Shown one piece after another: positions 19,367 to 29,177 of a stretch of DNA of 64,000 nucleotides. The stretch lies in NCBI GenBank assembly GCA_034432775.1, contig DAOUBH010000024.1, positions 15,982 to 79,981 on the forward strand, read 5' to 3'. Both the position numbers and the translations under genes were made by a program. The notes below the pieces were generated by a model. That model had not been told where the DNA came from. It worked only from the letters and a program-made list of their open reading frames with translations, and did no database searches. Origin of the DNA: Chloroflexota bacterium. GTDB taxonomy: Bacteria > Chloroflexota > Chloroflexia > DAOUBH01. How positions within the stretch are numbered: the first letter of the stretch is position 1; every line of letters begins with the position of its first letter.

Positions 19367-20517
19367 GGAACCTGCTTCTTGTCTCGGGGGAGTACCCACC
19401 CACGGTAGGAGGTGTGGCCCATTACTCTTACCGTCTTGTCACGGGGCTAACTGAGATTGGCTGGCTGGTGAAGGTGGCAACGGTAACCCGAAAGCCCAGA
19501 TGGCAACCTCCGGACCATACATTATCCCTTGGATACAGGTGGGGCTGGCCGGCCTTGGCAAGAACGTTACATTTGGCGAAGGTCTTTGGGGCAGATGTCA
19601 TAAGCCTGCAGTATCAGACCGGCTGCTACGCAATGCACCCAGCTGTGAATCTGCTGCCCTTGGCTCTGAAGTTTGCAGGCAGACCTACGGTGACCACCTT
19701 TCACGACATGCTGGCACCTTACTTGTTCCCTAAAGCTGGCCGGATCCGTCAGCTTGCCAACCTGATGTTAGTTGCAGCTAGTGAACGGGTCGTTCTCGTC
19801 GACCCCGGGGACCTGCCAAAGATTCCGGAACGTTTCAGGTCGCGTGTGAGATTGGTGCCCATAGGTCCCAATGTCCTGCCCCCCGAGGTGGTAGATCTGG
19901 ACCATCGTCGAAACTCTTTTGGATACCGCTTGGTGTATTTTGGACTTGCCAACATGTCGAAGGGTTTGGACTTGGCCATAGCGACCATGGCGCGTCTGCT
20001 GGAGATGGGCCCCAACGTTCCCTGGGAGCTGAGAATCGTGGGAGGAGGCGTTGCCACGGACCCGCAGAATGTACAGTATCGCAGACATTGTGTTGAACTG
20101 GTCTCGTTGCTCAAATTGCAGGACAGAGTCACTTTCGTGGGAGAGGTTGGAGAAGAGGAGGTGCGCCGTGAGCTTCTCGGGGCCGATGTAGCTATACTCC
20201 CCTACCGGGACGGTGTCAGCTACCGCCGTGGATCTCTACTGGTGTGCCTAAGCCACGGCCTGCCAGTGGTCACTTGCGGTCCATTGCCCCAGTCACCACC
20301 TCCAGGATGGCCGATTTTCCAAAACGGTTACAACCTGGTGGCTTGTCCTAGCGGCGATCCCGAATGCCTAGCTCAGCAGGTAGCCCGTCTGGCGGATGAA
20401 CACGACGTCAGGTTTGCTATAGCTGGGGCAGCCCTGAAGACAGCTGACTTCTTTCGGTGGGACACTATTTGCTCGCAGATGAGTTCTGTTTTTATCGATG
20501 TGGAGAAGGCTGTTTGA
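19363..20517 (+). CDS. Glycosyltransferase family 4 (GT-B, retaining)
   Basis: MRNLLLVSGEYPPTVGGVAHYSYRL is the GT4 N-terminal signature. 384 aa. Confidence 0.75.
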   Translation: MRNLLLVSGEYPPTVGGVAHYSYRLVTGLTEIGWLVKVATVTRKPRWQPPDHTLSLGYRWGWPALARTLHLAKVFGADVISLQYQTGCYAMHPAVNLLPLALKFAGRPTVTTFHDMLAPYLFPKAGRIRQLANLMLVAASERVVLVDPGDLPKIPERFRSRVRLVPIGPNVLPPEVVDLDHRRNSFGYRLVYFGLANMSKGLDLAIATMARLLEMGPNVPWELRIVGGGVATDPQNVQYRRHCVELVSLLKLQDRVTFVGEVGEEEVRRELLGADVAILPYRDGVSYRRGSLLVCLSHGLPVVTCGPLPQSPPPGWPIFQNGYNLVACPSGDPECLAQQVARLADEHDVRFAIAGAALKTADFFRWDTICSQMSSVFIDVEKAV

Positions 20518-22417
20518 CGACAACCATATGACGCAGCGGGCCCCACTGGTAACCCATTGGGGACCTCTAGCAGCCCTGGCGGCGTTGGCATTTTTGCTAC
20601 GGCGCTATCATCTCGGCTATCAGAGCCTATGGTTCGACGAAGCCGATATCGTGATGAGGGCCCAAGTGCCCCTAGGAGAACTGCTGAGCTCCTTGCTGCG
20701 TCCAGGCGAAAATGGTCCCCTGTACACTCTCCTGCTGCATCTGTGGATCGCCGTGTTCGGTGATGCCGAGACCCGAGTTCGGATGCTCTCGGTGGCCTTT
20801 GGGGTACTTCTGGTGCCGGCGGTCTATTTCCTGGCGGAAAAGTTCTCGGATCGCCGCGCCGGTTTAATCGCTGCCCTGCTGTTAGCTATATCCCCCTTCC
20901 AGATCTGGCAGTCACAGGAAGCGAAGATGTACTCCATGGCTACGTTGCTTGCAGCGACCAGTACCTTGGTGCTCATGGCCTGGAAGTACCTGGGCAAATT
21001 GACTTGGAGCTACCCGATTCTGATGATCGGTGCTATTCTCTCCCACATGCTTTGTATCCTTCTGCTACCCTTTCATCTTCTTGCGCACGCTGCAGGGAGA
21101 ATTGGGCGGAGGCTCCCCATAGCCATCACCACCGTGATCTTAGTGGTATTTGTTGGGATCTTGCTGATGGCTGCTGCCCTAGGTGACACTGGTAGCCATC
21201 CGTATAGGCCCGTGGGAGTTCTCGAAATGTTGCAGGTCATGGCCAAAACCTTTTCCGTGAACCGTGCTGATCCAACTACCGAGCTCACAGGCGCGGTCTC
21301 CTCGGCAGTTCTGGCCTTAGTGGGCATTGTCGCTTTAACACTCTCACGAAGGCAACAGGGGCTGCTCCTTGCGGCGTTCCTGTTCGTGCCACTGGCACCT
21401 TTCATCGTCATTAACCGAACCGTAGGCCTTTTCGAGGAGCGGTACCTGTTCGTCACTTTCCCTCCCTATTTGGTGGCTGTCTCTGTAGGCATTGCGTGGC
21501 TCTGGTCGCGTCGCTGGGTGGTAGGTCTTATGCCATTGGTTCTACTAGTGGGGTTGAGCGGTATAGCTCTCCAGGAAGTCAACTACAGCGATGCTCCCAA
21601 CCGGGAGAACTGGCGCGAGGCAGTACGTTATGTAGCCGAGCACTTTCGAGATGAAGACGCGGTGGCAGTACAACCCGGCTACCTAGTGACAGCGGTGAAT
21701 TATTACGCGAAGCGTTACCCTGACCTAGCAGGAGTTCGGGTGATTACCCCTCCATCTATGAATCGGCCCGATGTGACCGAGAGGTATATGGAGGCGGTGT
21801 TGACGCAGGGCACCATTGGCAAAGAGCGTGTGTGGCTGTTCTACGATGAGAATCGCTCCTCCTTGGAGGATCCTCGGGCTAGGGTTTGGGAATGGTTTCA
21901 CTACAACTGGTTCACCACCTACCAGGAGCCCTACGTTGGCTTCAAGCTGTACAACTACAGCTTTAACGGCCCTTATAAGGTGGCGGCGCCATGGCCACAG
22001 GTCAGGCTCAGAATAAGCTACCTCAACGGATGGAGCTTGATAGGGCTAGATTACGGCACTCCTTTGCGTACTCCCGAGGTCGCTCCAGGTGGACTGCTCC
22101 CACTGACCTTGCGCTGGTTGATCACGGAGGCGCCCATAACGAGCCCACGGGCAATACTGAAACTGGTCGGTTCAGACGGACACACTGCGGTCGTGCAGGA
22201 GGGCCTTCCCCTCAACGGAAACCTGGAGCTATCGAGATTGCGGAAAGGCAGTGATCTGTGGGACTATCGCGATCTCGAGATCCCTCGAGAGCTGAGCCCT
22301 GGCAGGTATGACCTTTACATCGAGGTTTTGGATAGCTATGGGGTACCCATCGAGGCTTTCCTGAGCGGTGGCCTCAAATCGATGGATGTGGCTCTGGACT
22401 CCATATGGGTTCGCTGA
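20498..22417 (+). CDS. GT-C family membrane glycosyltransferase (PMT/ArnT-like, GT39/GT83)
   Basis: 639 aa with >10 TM helices. N-terminal region ...YHLGYQSLWFDEADIV... matches the PMT_2/ArnT loop with the DE motif. Confidence 0.75.
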   Translation: MWRRLFDDNHMTQRAPLVTHWGPLAALAALAFLLRRYHLGYQSLWFDEADIVMRAQVPLGELLSSLLRPGENGPLYTLLLHLWIAVFGDAETRVRMLSVAFGVLLVPAVYFLAEKFSDRRAGLIAALLLAISPFQIWQSQEAKMYSMATLLAATSTLVLMAWKYLGKLTWSYPILMIGAILSHMLCILLLPFHLLAHAAGRIGRRLPIAITTVILVVFVGILLMAAALGDTGSHPYRPVGVLEMLQVMAKTFSVNRADPTTELTGAVSSAVLALVGIVALTLSRRQQGLLLAAFLFVPLAPFIVINRTVGLFEERYLFVTFPPYLVAVSVGIAWLWSRRWVVGLMPLVLLVGLSGIALQEVNYSDAPNRENWREAVRYVAEHFRDEDAVAVQPGYLVTAVNYYAKRYPDLAGVRVITPPSMNRPDVTERYMEAVLTQGTIGKERVWLFYDENRSSLEDPRARVWEWFHYNWFTTYQEPYVGFKLYNYSFNGPYKVAAPWPQVRLRISYLNGWSLIGLDYGTPLRTPEVAPGGLLPLTLRWLITEAPITSPRAILKLVGSDGHTAVVQEGLPLNGNLELSRLRKGSDLWDYRDLEIPRELSPGRYDLYIEVLDSYGVPIEAFLSGGLKSMDVALDSIWVR

Positions 22418-22452
22418 CCAGGGACGAATTTTGAAAAAAGTTGTGTGGCCCC

Positions 22453-22481
22453 TTGAAAGTAGACCGATCCTGTACTAGAAT
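22453..22481 (+). promoter_or_regulatory. Sigma70-like promoter TTGAAA-N17-TAGAAT driving the intergenic RNA
   Basis: TTGAAA 22453-22458, 17-nt spacer, TAGAAT 22476-22481. No ORF lies downstream on this strand. Confidence 0.4.
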
Positions 22482-22487
22482 GATAGT

Positions 22488-22647
22488 GGTCCGAGCAATT
22501 GAGTAGGGTAAACCGGTCGGACCAAAAGGATACCGAACATTGAGTACGGGAAAGTCAGATCGAAAGGTCTGGTGGAACCCGAAAGATGCATAGGGAACCT
22601 GAGGCTGGCCGGGTAAACCGAAAGGTTGCTCGGACCTATTGTTCTTC
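22488..22647 (+). ncRNA. Candidate structured small RNA of unknown class (~150 nt)
   Basis: 5' GGUCCGAGCAA (22488-22498) pairs perfectly with UUGCUCGGACC (22626-22636). Internal GNRA-capped hairpins (GAUCGAAAGGUC, AACCGAAAGGUU). GGGUAAACCG is directly repeated at 22506 and 22611. A U-rich tail follows at 22637-22647. The promoter lies immediately upstream. Between convergent genes. Confidence 0.45.
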
Positions 22648-23112
22648 AAGGCTCTGCAGGTATTCCTCCCAGTACTCCGGGAAGTACCAGTAACGTACCT
22701 TTCCCGTCTTAAGGTACTCTATGAGTGGTTCACGCAGGCTGGGGCTCCTCAGGTAGCTTGGTAGCTCGTTGAGGGGAACCCACTCAGCCTTCTCGACCGT
22801 ATCGTCGCCCGGAACCCGTACTTGCTGAAACCTATCCACCCGGAAGGCGCACGCCAGGTACAGGCGTTTCAGCGTTGTACTGCGGGCCTCGGCGACATAG
22901 GCTAGGGCTCCTGGGGTGACGTCGAGGCCGGCTTCTTCGAGGAGCTCGCGCCGCATGGCATCTATTACACTCTCGCCGTCGTGTGCCCTTCCGCCGGGTA
23001 GGCTCCATACGGGTGGTCGATCCGGGTACCAACGGTTTGCCACGAGAAGCAGCTTCCCGCCCTCGATAATAATCCCCTGCCCAACCCTATAGGCTAGCCA
23101 TCCCTGGAGCAC
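22636..23112 (-). CDS. NUDIX hydrolase
   Basis: Nudix box SLPGGRAHDGESVIDAMRRELLEEAGL. Confidence 0.8.
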   Translation of the reverse strand: MLQGWLAYRVGQGIIIEGGKLLLVANRWYPDRPPVWSLPGGRAHDGESVIDAMRRELLEEAGLDVTPGALAYVAEARSTTLKRLYLACAFRVDRFQQVRVPGDDTVEKAEWVPLNELPSYLRSPSLREPLIEYLKTGKVRYWYFPEYWEEYLQSLEEQ

Positions 23113-23116
23113 CTAA

Positions 23117-24568
23117 TTACCTCTCGCGCCACGTCAGCTCAGGACGACGTGCTGCCAAAGCATCATCCAGTCTCCGTACCGGCGTCTTATGCGGGGCCGA
23201 TCTAACGGTTTCCGGTTCCGACATAGCTTCCCTAGCAATGGACCTCATGACCTCCACAAATCGATCGAGGGTTTCTCTGCTTTCCGTCTCCGTTGGCTCG
23301 ATCATGAGCGCCTCCTCCACGATCAGAGGAAAATAGATCGTGGGAGCATACATGCCATAGTCGAGAATGCGTTTGGCTATGTCAAGAGTCTTCACTCCAT
23401 ATTCTTGCCTATACCGTTTGCCAGAGAGTACAAATTCGTGCATGCAGCGCCTGTCGTAGGCTACGTCGTAGACGTCTTTCAACTTTGTCAAAAGATAGTT
23501 TGCTGCTAGCACTGCGTCTTCGGCAACCTGCCGAAGTCCCTCGGACCCCAAGGATCGTATGTAAGTATAGGCGCGCACATGGACGCCGAAGTTGCCGTAG
23601 AAAGAGCGAACCTTGCCGATAGAGTGCACCGGATGCCGGAAAAAATACTCGGTACGGCCATCGGATGTTCTGGCATCAACCACTGGGTCCGGCAGAAAGT
23701 CAGCCAGGTGCGCCTTAACCCCCACAGGCCCTGCTCCCGGACCGCCCCCGCCATGGGGCGTAGAGAAGGTTTTGTGGAGATTGAAATGCAGGACGTCGAA
23801 TCCCAGGTCGCCGGGCTTGGCTATGCCCAAGATCGCGTTGAGGTTCGCACCGTCTCCATAGACCAGTCCACCCACTCGGTGGACTGCTTCGGTCACCTCT
23901 AGTATATGCTCCTCGAAGAGACCCAAGGTGTTGGGGTTGGTGAGCATAAGGGCAGCCGTTCTGTCCGACAGAAGGGATCTCAAGTGAGATAGGTCTATGT
24001 TGCCCCGAGCATCCGACTTTACCGTTACAACTTTGTAGCCGCAGATCGCAGCCGTGGCCGGATTTGTACCGTGGGCAGAATCGGGGACCAGAACCTCCGA
24101 TCGGGCTGAGTCCCCACGGTAGCGGTGGTATGCTTGGATCATCAGCATTCCTGTGAGCTCGCCGTGAGCTCCGGCGGCTGGGTGCAGTGTCACCGCGTCC
24201 ATGCCGCCAATTTCAGCGAGATAGGTTTGAAGCTCGTACATGATTTGGAGTGCCCCCTGGGCCATCTGTTCTGGGGTTCTCGGGTGAAGGTAGCTGAAGC
24301 CCAGCAGTTGAGCGGCTTCTTCGTTCACCTTGGGGTTGTACTTCATGGTGCAGGAACCTAGAGGGTAAAAGCCGACGTCCACGGCATAGTTCAGTCGAGA
24401 GAGATGGACGAAGTGTCGCACCGCGTCTACCTCGCTGATTTCGGGCAAGGGAAGTGATGCCCTTAGCAGATCCTCCTCCGGAAGAGGCGTTTCAGGGACG
24501 TCCAGCTCCGGAAGCGAGAAGCCCCTTCGGCCCGGCGAAGATATGTCGATAAGCAGTGGCTCTGTCAT
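23117..24568 (-). CDS. gcvPB: Glycine dehydrogenase (decarboxylating) subunit 2 (glycine cleavage P-protein, C-terminal subunit)
   Basis: [17 protein letters not shown] and a PLP-dependent fold throughout. 483 aa. Confidence 0.95.
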   Translation of the reverse strand: MTEPLLIDISSPGRRGFSLPELDVPETPLPEEDLLRASLPLPEISEVDAVRHFVHLSRLNYAVDVGFYPLGSCTMKYNPKVNEEAAQLLGFSYLHPRTPEQMAQGALQIMYELQTYLAEIGGMDAVTLHPAAGAHGELTGMLMIQAYHRYRGDSARSEVLVPDSAHGTNPATAAICGYKVVTVKSDARGNIDLSHLRSLLSDRTAALMLTNPNTLGLFEEHILEVTEAVHRVGGLVYGDGANLNAILGIAKPGDLGFDVLHFNLHKTFSTPHGGGGPGAGPVGVKAHLADFLPDPVVDARTSDGRTEYFFRHPVHSIGKVRSFYGNFGVHVRAYTYIRSLGSEGLRQVAEDAVLAANYLLTKLKDVYDVAYDRRCMHEFVLSGKRYRQEYGVKTLDIAKRILDYGMYAPTIYFPLIVEEALMIEPTETESRETLDRFVEVMRSIAREAMSEPETVRSAPHKTPVRRLDDALAARRPELTWRER

Positions 24569-24908
24569 TGTAGATTAGACCCTCACGGTTTGGGTTTTGC
24601 TCTCACGGCAGCGTTACTGTAATGCTAGTATAGCACGGTGGGTAGATCAGAGCGGTGCTTAGAGGCCGGTGTCTTACATGTCGGGAATAAGCGACCCATT
24701 GCCCCAGTGCACAAACTGCTGTCGCATGTCTGGCTATACTTTGAAGGGACGACTTTGGCTGTGTACTGCCTTTATCTAGACAATGGGGCCGGCATGGTAG
24801 ACTGACTTAGGGCTCGCGGCTAAGGGAATCTCCCCTGCTAACCACTTTTGTTTCTAGCTGCGGCTTCTGGATTAACCTTGTCCAGTCTGTATTTCGGAGG
24901 CGCCGGAA

Positions 24909-25124
24909 GTGTATCGTTGGGAATACATGGCAGTGCCCGTGTTTGCGGATGCCTCGCCATCTGAAATGGAGAAGTTCAATCAGCTAGGCAGCCAGGGATG
25001 GGAGCTAGCCGGATTCACGATGCGCAGCGGCACGACCGTCTACGCCATTTTTAAGAGGCCGCTTCAGGAAGCTTCAGAGAAGGTGGAACTGGCTGATGCC
25101 GGGCCACCCATAATGCCTTGGTAG
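24909..25124 (+). CDS. Small DUF4177-like protein
   Basis: 71 aa. GTG start after a GGAGG RBS. WEYMAVPV...GWELAGF pattern. Confidence 0.5.
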   Translation: MYRWEYMAVPVFADASPSEMEKFNQLGSQGWELAGFTMRSGTTVYAIFKRPLQEASEKVELADAGPPIMPW

Positions 25125-26807
25125 CTACGAGCTGCGCTTGGCTCGCTCTTCCTCAGCCAGAACGCGTCTCAGATGCTTGCCTACCAAGCTTTTGGGCAAC
25201 TCCGCTCTAAACTCGATCTCTCGAGGTCTTTTGTATCCAGCCAAGCGCTCACGCGCAAAGGCCAATAGCTCCTCCTCCGTGGCTTTGACGCCCTCTTTTA
25301 GCACTATGAAGGCCTTCACGGCCTCCCCGGAGTAGGGATCCGGGACCCCGACGGCCACTGCTTCCCGGACTGCAGGGTGCTGGTATAGCACCTCTTCGAC
25401 CTCCCGAGGGAAAACGCTAAAGCCGCCAACCAGGATCATGTCTTTCTTTCGATCCACGATATAGAAGTAACCCTCCTCATCCATCTGCGCAATATCTCCG
25501 GTCAGAAGCCAGCCGTCCTTCAGGGTCGCGGCCGTTTCATCGGGCCTGTTCCAGTAACCCATCATGACCTGGGGCCCTTTTACTGCCAGCTCTCCTGTTT
25601 GGCCAGGGGGGAGTGGCTGTCCTGTATCCAGGTGGAGGATAGCGGCATCGGTATCAGGCACTGGCACTCCGATACTTCCCCATTTGCGTTTCCCGTACAA
25701 TGGGTTGCAGTGGGTCACGGGAGACGCTTCCGTAAGCCCGTATCCTTCCACCAGTTTGCCGCCGGTGAGTTGTTCGAAGCGCTGGGCCACCTCTACCGGA
25801 AGTGGAGCAGCGCCGCTCAAGCAGGCCTTAATGGACTTCAGGTCGTACTGAGCAACGTTCGGATGGTTCACAACGGCCACGTACATAGTTGGCACGCCAG
25901 GGAAAAGGGTCGGCCTGTACCGGTTGATGTCCTTCAGCACCTCCTCGATCTGGAACCTAGGGTGCAGGATGAGCTTGGCAGCTATGGCCACACCGAAGTT
26001 CATGGCTACGGTGAGACCATACACGTGAAAGAAGGGTAGCACAGCCAACAAAACCTCTTCCCCTTCCCGGCAGTCTCTGAACCAAGCCTTACATTGCAGC
26101 GCGTTCGCTACCAAGTTGCGGTGCGAAAGCATCGCTCCCTTTGGAATTCCAGTTGTTCCGCCAGTGTATTGAAGTTGGGCGAGGTCGGAAGGGTCCAAAG
26201 GGACTGCCTGGAATTGGTCGCCTGGCGCAGAGGTCATCTGCGAAAAAGGCACGACGTCTCGCGCCCATGGAAATTCTGGCCAAGTGCCCTCGCGGCGAGC
26301 CTTCAAAGGGTATAGGAACCTTAGCATGGCCGGAAAGTATTCGTTGATGCGGGTAACGACAACGTATTCGAGCGAAGTGCCAGTTCGTATTTGGGCGAGT
26401 CTTTCGTAGACCCTGTCCAGCACGACCGCGAACCGTGCCGAGGAGTCGCGAAGCTGCCCTTCAAGCTCCCGTGGTGTGTAGAGGGGGTTCGTGGGCACGA
26501 CGATCGCACCGGTCATTAAACTGCCGAAGTAGGCTACTATGAACTGTGGACAATTCGGAAGAGCTATCGCGATCCGGTCGCCCTTCCGGATCCCCATACG
26601 CTGAAGCCCAGCTGCGAACGACCTGGCTTGGTTCCAAAGCTGCTGGTAGGTAAGCTTGGCCCCGAAGAAAACGGTTGCAACGTTGCCGGGATGTACTTCC
26701 GCCGATCGACGTAAAATTTCGGGCAGAGCAATTTCCGGATATTGCAATGCAATGGGCACCCCTTGGTCGTAGGCCGAGAACCAGACTCGATCCGTGGATG
26801 CTGTCAT
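25125..26807 (-). CDS. fadD: Long-chain fatty acid--CoA ligase (AMP-binding)
   Basis: AMP-binding motif LQYTGGTTGIPKGAMLSHRNL. 560 aa. Confidence 0.9.
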   Translation of the reverse strand: MTASTDRVWFSAYDQGVPIALQYPEIALPEILRRSAEVHPGNVATVFFGAKLTYQQLWNQARSFAAGLQRMGIRKGDRIAIALPNCPQFIVAYFGSLMTGAIVVPTNPLYTPRELEGQLRDSSARFAVVLDRVYERLAQIRTGTSLEYVVVTRINEYFPAMLRFLYPLKARREGTWPEFPWARDVVPFSQMTSAPGDQFQAVPLDPSDLAQLQYTGGTTGIPKGAMLSHRNLVANALQCKAWFRDCREGEEVLLAVLPFFHVYGLTVAMNFGVAIAAKLILHPRFQIEEVLKDINRYRPTLFPGVPTMYVAVVNHPNVAQYDLKSIKACLSGAAPLPVEVAQRFEQLTGGKLVEGYGLTEASPVTHCNPLYGKRKWGSIGVPVPDTDAAILHLDTGQPLPPGQTGELAVKGPQVMMGYWNRPDETAATLKDGWLLTGDIAQMDEEGYFYIVDRKKDMILVGGFSVFPREVEEVLYQHPAVREAVAVGVPDPYSGEAVKAFIVLKEGVKATEEELLAFARERLAGYKRPREIEFRAELPKSLVGKHLRRVLAEEERAKRSS

Positions 26808-27760
26808 TGGTTACCTCCTTCTAACTCGCACACTGCTGGTATCCCCCCGACGCTTACAGCCTCCGATATAGCGGTCCGAACCGCCTGGGCCGCCAGCTCG
26901 GAACAGAGCACGCCCAGCTGCATCCGCAGGCCGGGAGCTAAAGGTCCCGATCGCCCAGTGCTGACGGCGAAGGCTACGTCGCCATCGAACAAGGTGTGAG
27001 CAGGTTGAACCACCCTAGCAATTCCCGTATTGCAGCCTCTAGCCATCATTGCCAATAGGTCTCGGTCTATCTCCAAATCAGTAACCGCGACTGTGAGGAC
27101 CGTATGGGACTGGACTCTTAGGATTTCAGCCTGAAAAATGATTTCATGCCTCACGAAGCCTCCCTTGTCGCTTCGAGCTCCAGCTACAATTGTGCCACAA
27201 GGGTCAATCACGTTGCCCAGGCTATTGACCACAGCGAGTACAGCGACGGTGCCTCCAGCGCATTGAGCTGCCGATGCACCTAGTCCGCCTTTAGTGGCAC
27301 GGTCAGCACCTAGAAACCTGCCAACCACGGCGCCTGTGCCGGCCCCAACCGAGCCCATGGAATGCCTGCTGCTGCAGGCGACAGCGGCTGCCAGCTTGCC
27401 TTCCCAAGCTCCTGGATATGCTGTGCTATCTCCTACATCGAGGTCGTAGATTACGGCCGAAGCTACTATGGGCACTGGTCCAGCGGGGGTTGGCAGGCCT
27501 ATGCCTCGCTCGCGGAGAAATTGAGCGACCCCATCGGCTGCCGCCAAGCCAAAGGCGCTGCCGCCGGAGAGGACTATGGCGTTTACTCCAGCAACGAGTC
27601 TACCCGGATGCAGAAGGTCTGTTTCCCTTGTGCCAGGGGCACCGCCCGCGATATCTACCGCCGCAGGGCAGAGCCTATCAAAGAGTATGACGGTACATCC
27701 TGTGGCTCTAAGACGGTCCGTGTACTGACCCACGGCCACGCCAGGCACATTCGTGATCAT
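26804..27760 (-). CDS. DmpA/S58 (P1) family aminopeptidase
   Basis: MITNVPGVAVGQYTD..ATGCTVILF is the DmpA N-terminus. The internal start ATG 27760 with a GGAG RBS is preferred over the ORF-track start, which overlaps folC. Confidence 0.8.
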   Translation of the reverse strand: MITNVPGVAVGQYTDRLRATGCTVILFDRLCPAAVDIAGGAPGTRETDLLHPGRLVAGVNAIVLSGGSAFGLAAADGVAQFLRERGIGLPTPAGPVPIVASAVIYDLDVGDSTAYPGAWEGKLAAAVACSSRHSMGSVGAGTGAVVGRFLGADRATKGGLGASAAQCAGGTVAVLAVVNSLGNVIDPCGTIVAGARSDKGGFVRHEIIFQAEILRVQSHTVLTVAVTDLEIDRDLLAMMARGCNTGIARVVQPAHTLFDGDVAFAVSTGRSGPLAPGLRMQLGVLCSELAAQAVRTAISEAVSVGGIPAVCELEGGNQ

Positions 27761-27815
27761 GGGTAATCTCCAAATAAGAGTTTTGACGGTCCAAGGCCAA
27801 TAGCAATATACTCTC

Positions 27816-29177
27816 ATGGTGAACTACGGGGAAGCCTTGGGCTACATCTACAGTTTGACAGATTACGAGCGGCTGACGCGTCGGCCTGGTAGCTTCAATT
27901 TGGACCGCATCAGCCAGCTTCTGAAACTGCTGGGAGAGCCTCAGAGGGATTTTCCGTCCTTTTTGGTGGCCGGTACCAAGGGGAAGGGATCGACAGCTGC
28001 CCTTATAGCTTCGGCGCTGAGAAGCCAGGGTTACATGGTGGGCCTCTACACCCAGCCACATCTTCACTCTTACAGGGAGCGTATCCAGATCAATGGTCGC
28101 CCCATCTCGAAGGAGGACGTTGTTGACGGCGTGCTGGCCCTTGCGCCCCTTATCGACGCCATGGCTCGCGAAGGGATGGGCCCCAGTACCTACGAGGCCA
28201 CTACTGCCCTTGCTTTTAGGCACTTTGCCCTCAGCGGGGTGGATGTTGCTGTCCTCGAAGTAGGCTTGGGTGGTCGTCTAGACGCAACAAATATCGTCAC
28301 TCCGATGGTGTCGGTCATTACGCCTATCAGTCTGGACCATACCGAAGTCCTTGGCGAGACAGTTGGCCAGATAGCCTGGGAAAAGGCTGGCATTATTAAG
28401 GAGGGTGGCCACGTGGCCACCGCACAGACCTATCCAGAAGCCCTCGCTGTGATAAAGGAGGTAGCTGCTAGCAGGCATGCAAAGCTTACCCTGGTCGGGC
28501 GCGAGGTCTCTCTGCTACAGAGGTGGCTTAGCTTCGACCACGTTCGTGCCTTGGGACAGACGCTCACCCTGGGCTTGAGTTCTGCCCTCCAACCGCAGGG
28601 CTGGCCATCAAGGTTGACCGTGGAAATACCTCTCCTTGGCATACATCAGTGCACGAATGCCGCCCTGGCGGTAGGCACCCTGGCTCGAGCATCGCAAGCT
28701 GGAATGCTGCATGTCACTTCGGGGGCCCTGATCGAGGGCTTTCGAAATGTTGCCTGGCCAGCCCGAATGGAGGTGTTGGCTACAGCACCTACGGTGGTTG
28801 CGGATGGGGCGCACAACCGGGATTCCATGCGTTATCTTATGCTGTCCCTGAAAGAAGAGTTCACCTATGGGCGGCTCCATGTCGTCTTCGGATCGTCGTC
28901 AGACAAGGATATAGCGGCCATGGCCGAAGAGATCGCCGCCGAGGCCGACTCGGTGATAGCTACCAGTTCGCATCATCCAAGGGCGGCATCCGCAGGGGTC
29001 ATAGCAGACCATTGCAAACGTGCTGGCCTCCCCGTTGCTGTTGCCAAGGACGTCGGCGAAGCTCTGGATCTGGCCTTCACCAAGGCAGCCCGGGACGACC
29101 TGATCTGCGTGACAGGCTCACTTTTCCTGGCAGCAGAAGCCCGGCAGATATTCGGCGTGCCCGTAGAATTCGATTAG
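27816..29177 (+). CDS. folC: Bifunctional folylpolyglutamate synthase / dihydrofolate synthase
   Basis: P-loop [18 protein letters not shown] and Mur-ligase family architecture. The -10 TATACT lies 5 nt before the ATG, so the mRNA is possibly leaderless. Confidence 0.9.
   Translation: MVNYGEALGYIYSLTDYERLTRRPGSFNLDRISQLLKLLGEPQRDFPSFLVAGTKGKGSTAALIASALRSQGYMVGLYTQPHLHSYRERIQINGRPISKEDVVDGVLALAPLIDAMAREGMGPSTYEATTALAFRHFALSGVDVAVLEVGLGGRLDATNIVTPMVSVITPISLDHTEVLGETVGQIAWEKAGIIKEGGHVATAQTYPEALAVIKEVAASRHAKLTLVGREVSLLQRWLSFDHVRALGQTLTLGLSSALQPQGWPSRLTVEIPLLGIHQCTNAALAVGTLARASQAGMLHVTSGALIEGFRNVAWPARMEVLATAPTVVADGAHNRDSMRYLMLSLKEEFTYGRLHVVFGSSSDKDIAAMAEEIAAEADSVIATSSHHPRAASAGVIADHCKRAGLPVAVAKDVGEALDLAFTKAARDDLICVTGSLFLAAEARQIFGVPVEFD

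Noticed and set aside
22374-22649. 91-aa minus-strand ORF over the GT-C/NUDIX intergenic region
   Set aside because: It overlaps the promoter-driven structured RNA candidate on the other strand. It lacks an RBS and its composition is odd. The RNA explanation accounts for the repeats and helices and is preferred.
24569-24908. Glycine riboswitch upstream of gcvPB
   Set aside because: The tandem aptamer hallmarks (GGAGAG...CUCUC P1 strands, ACCGAAGGGGCAA, CAGGCAAAAGGAC) could not be found on the minus strand. Only a single partial GGGGCAA match is present. Left as an open question, not a call.
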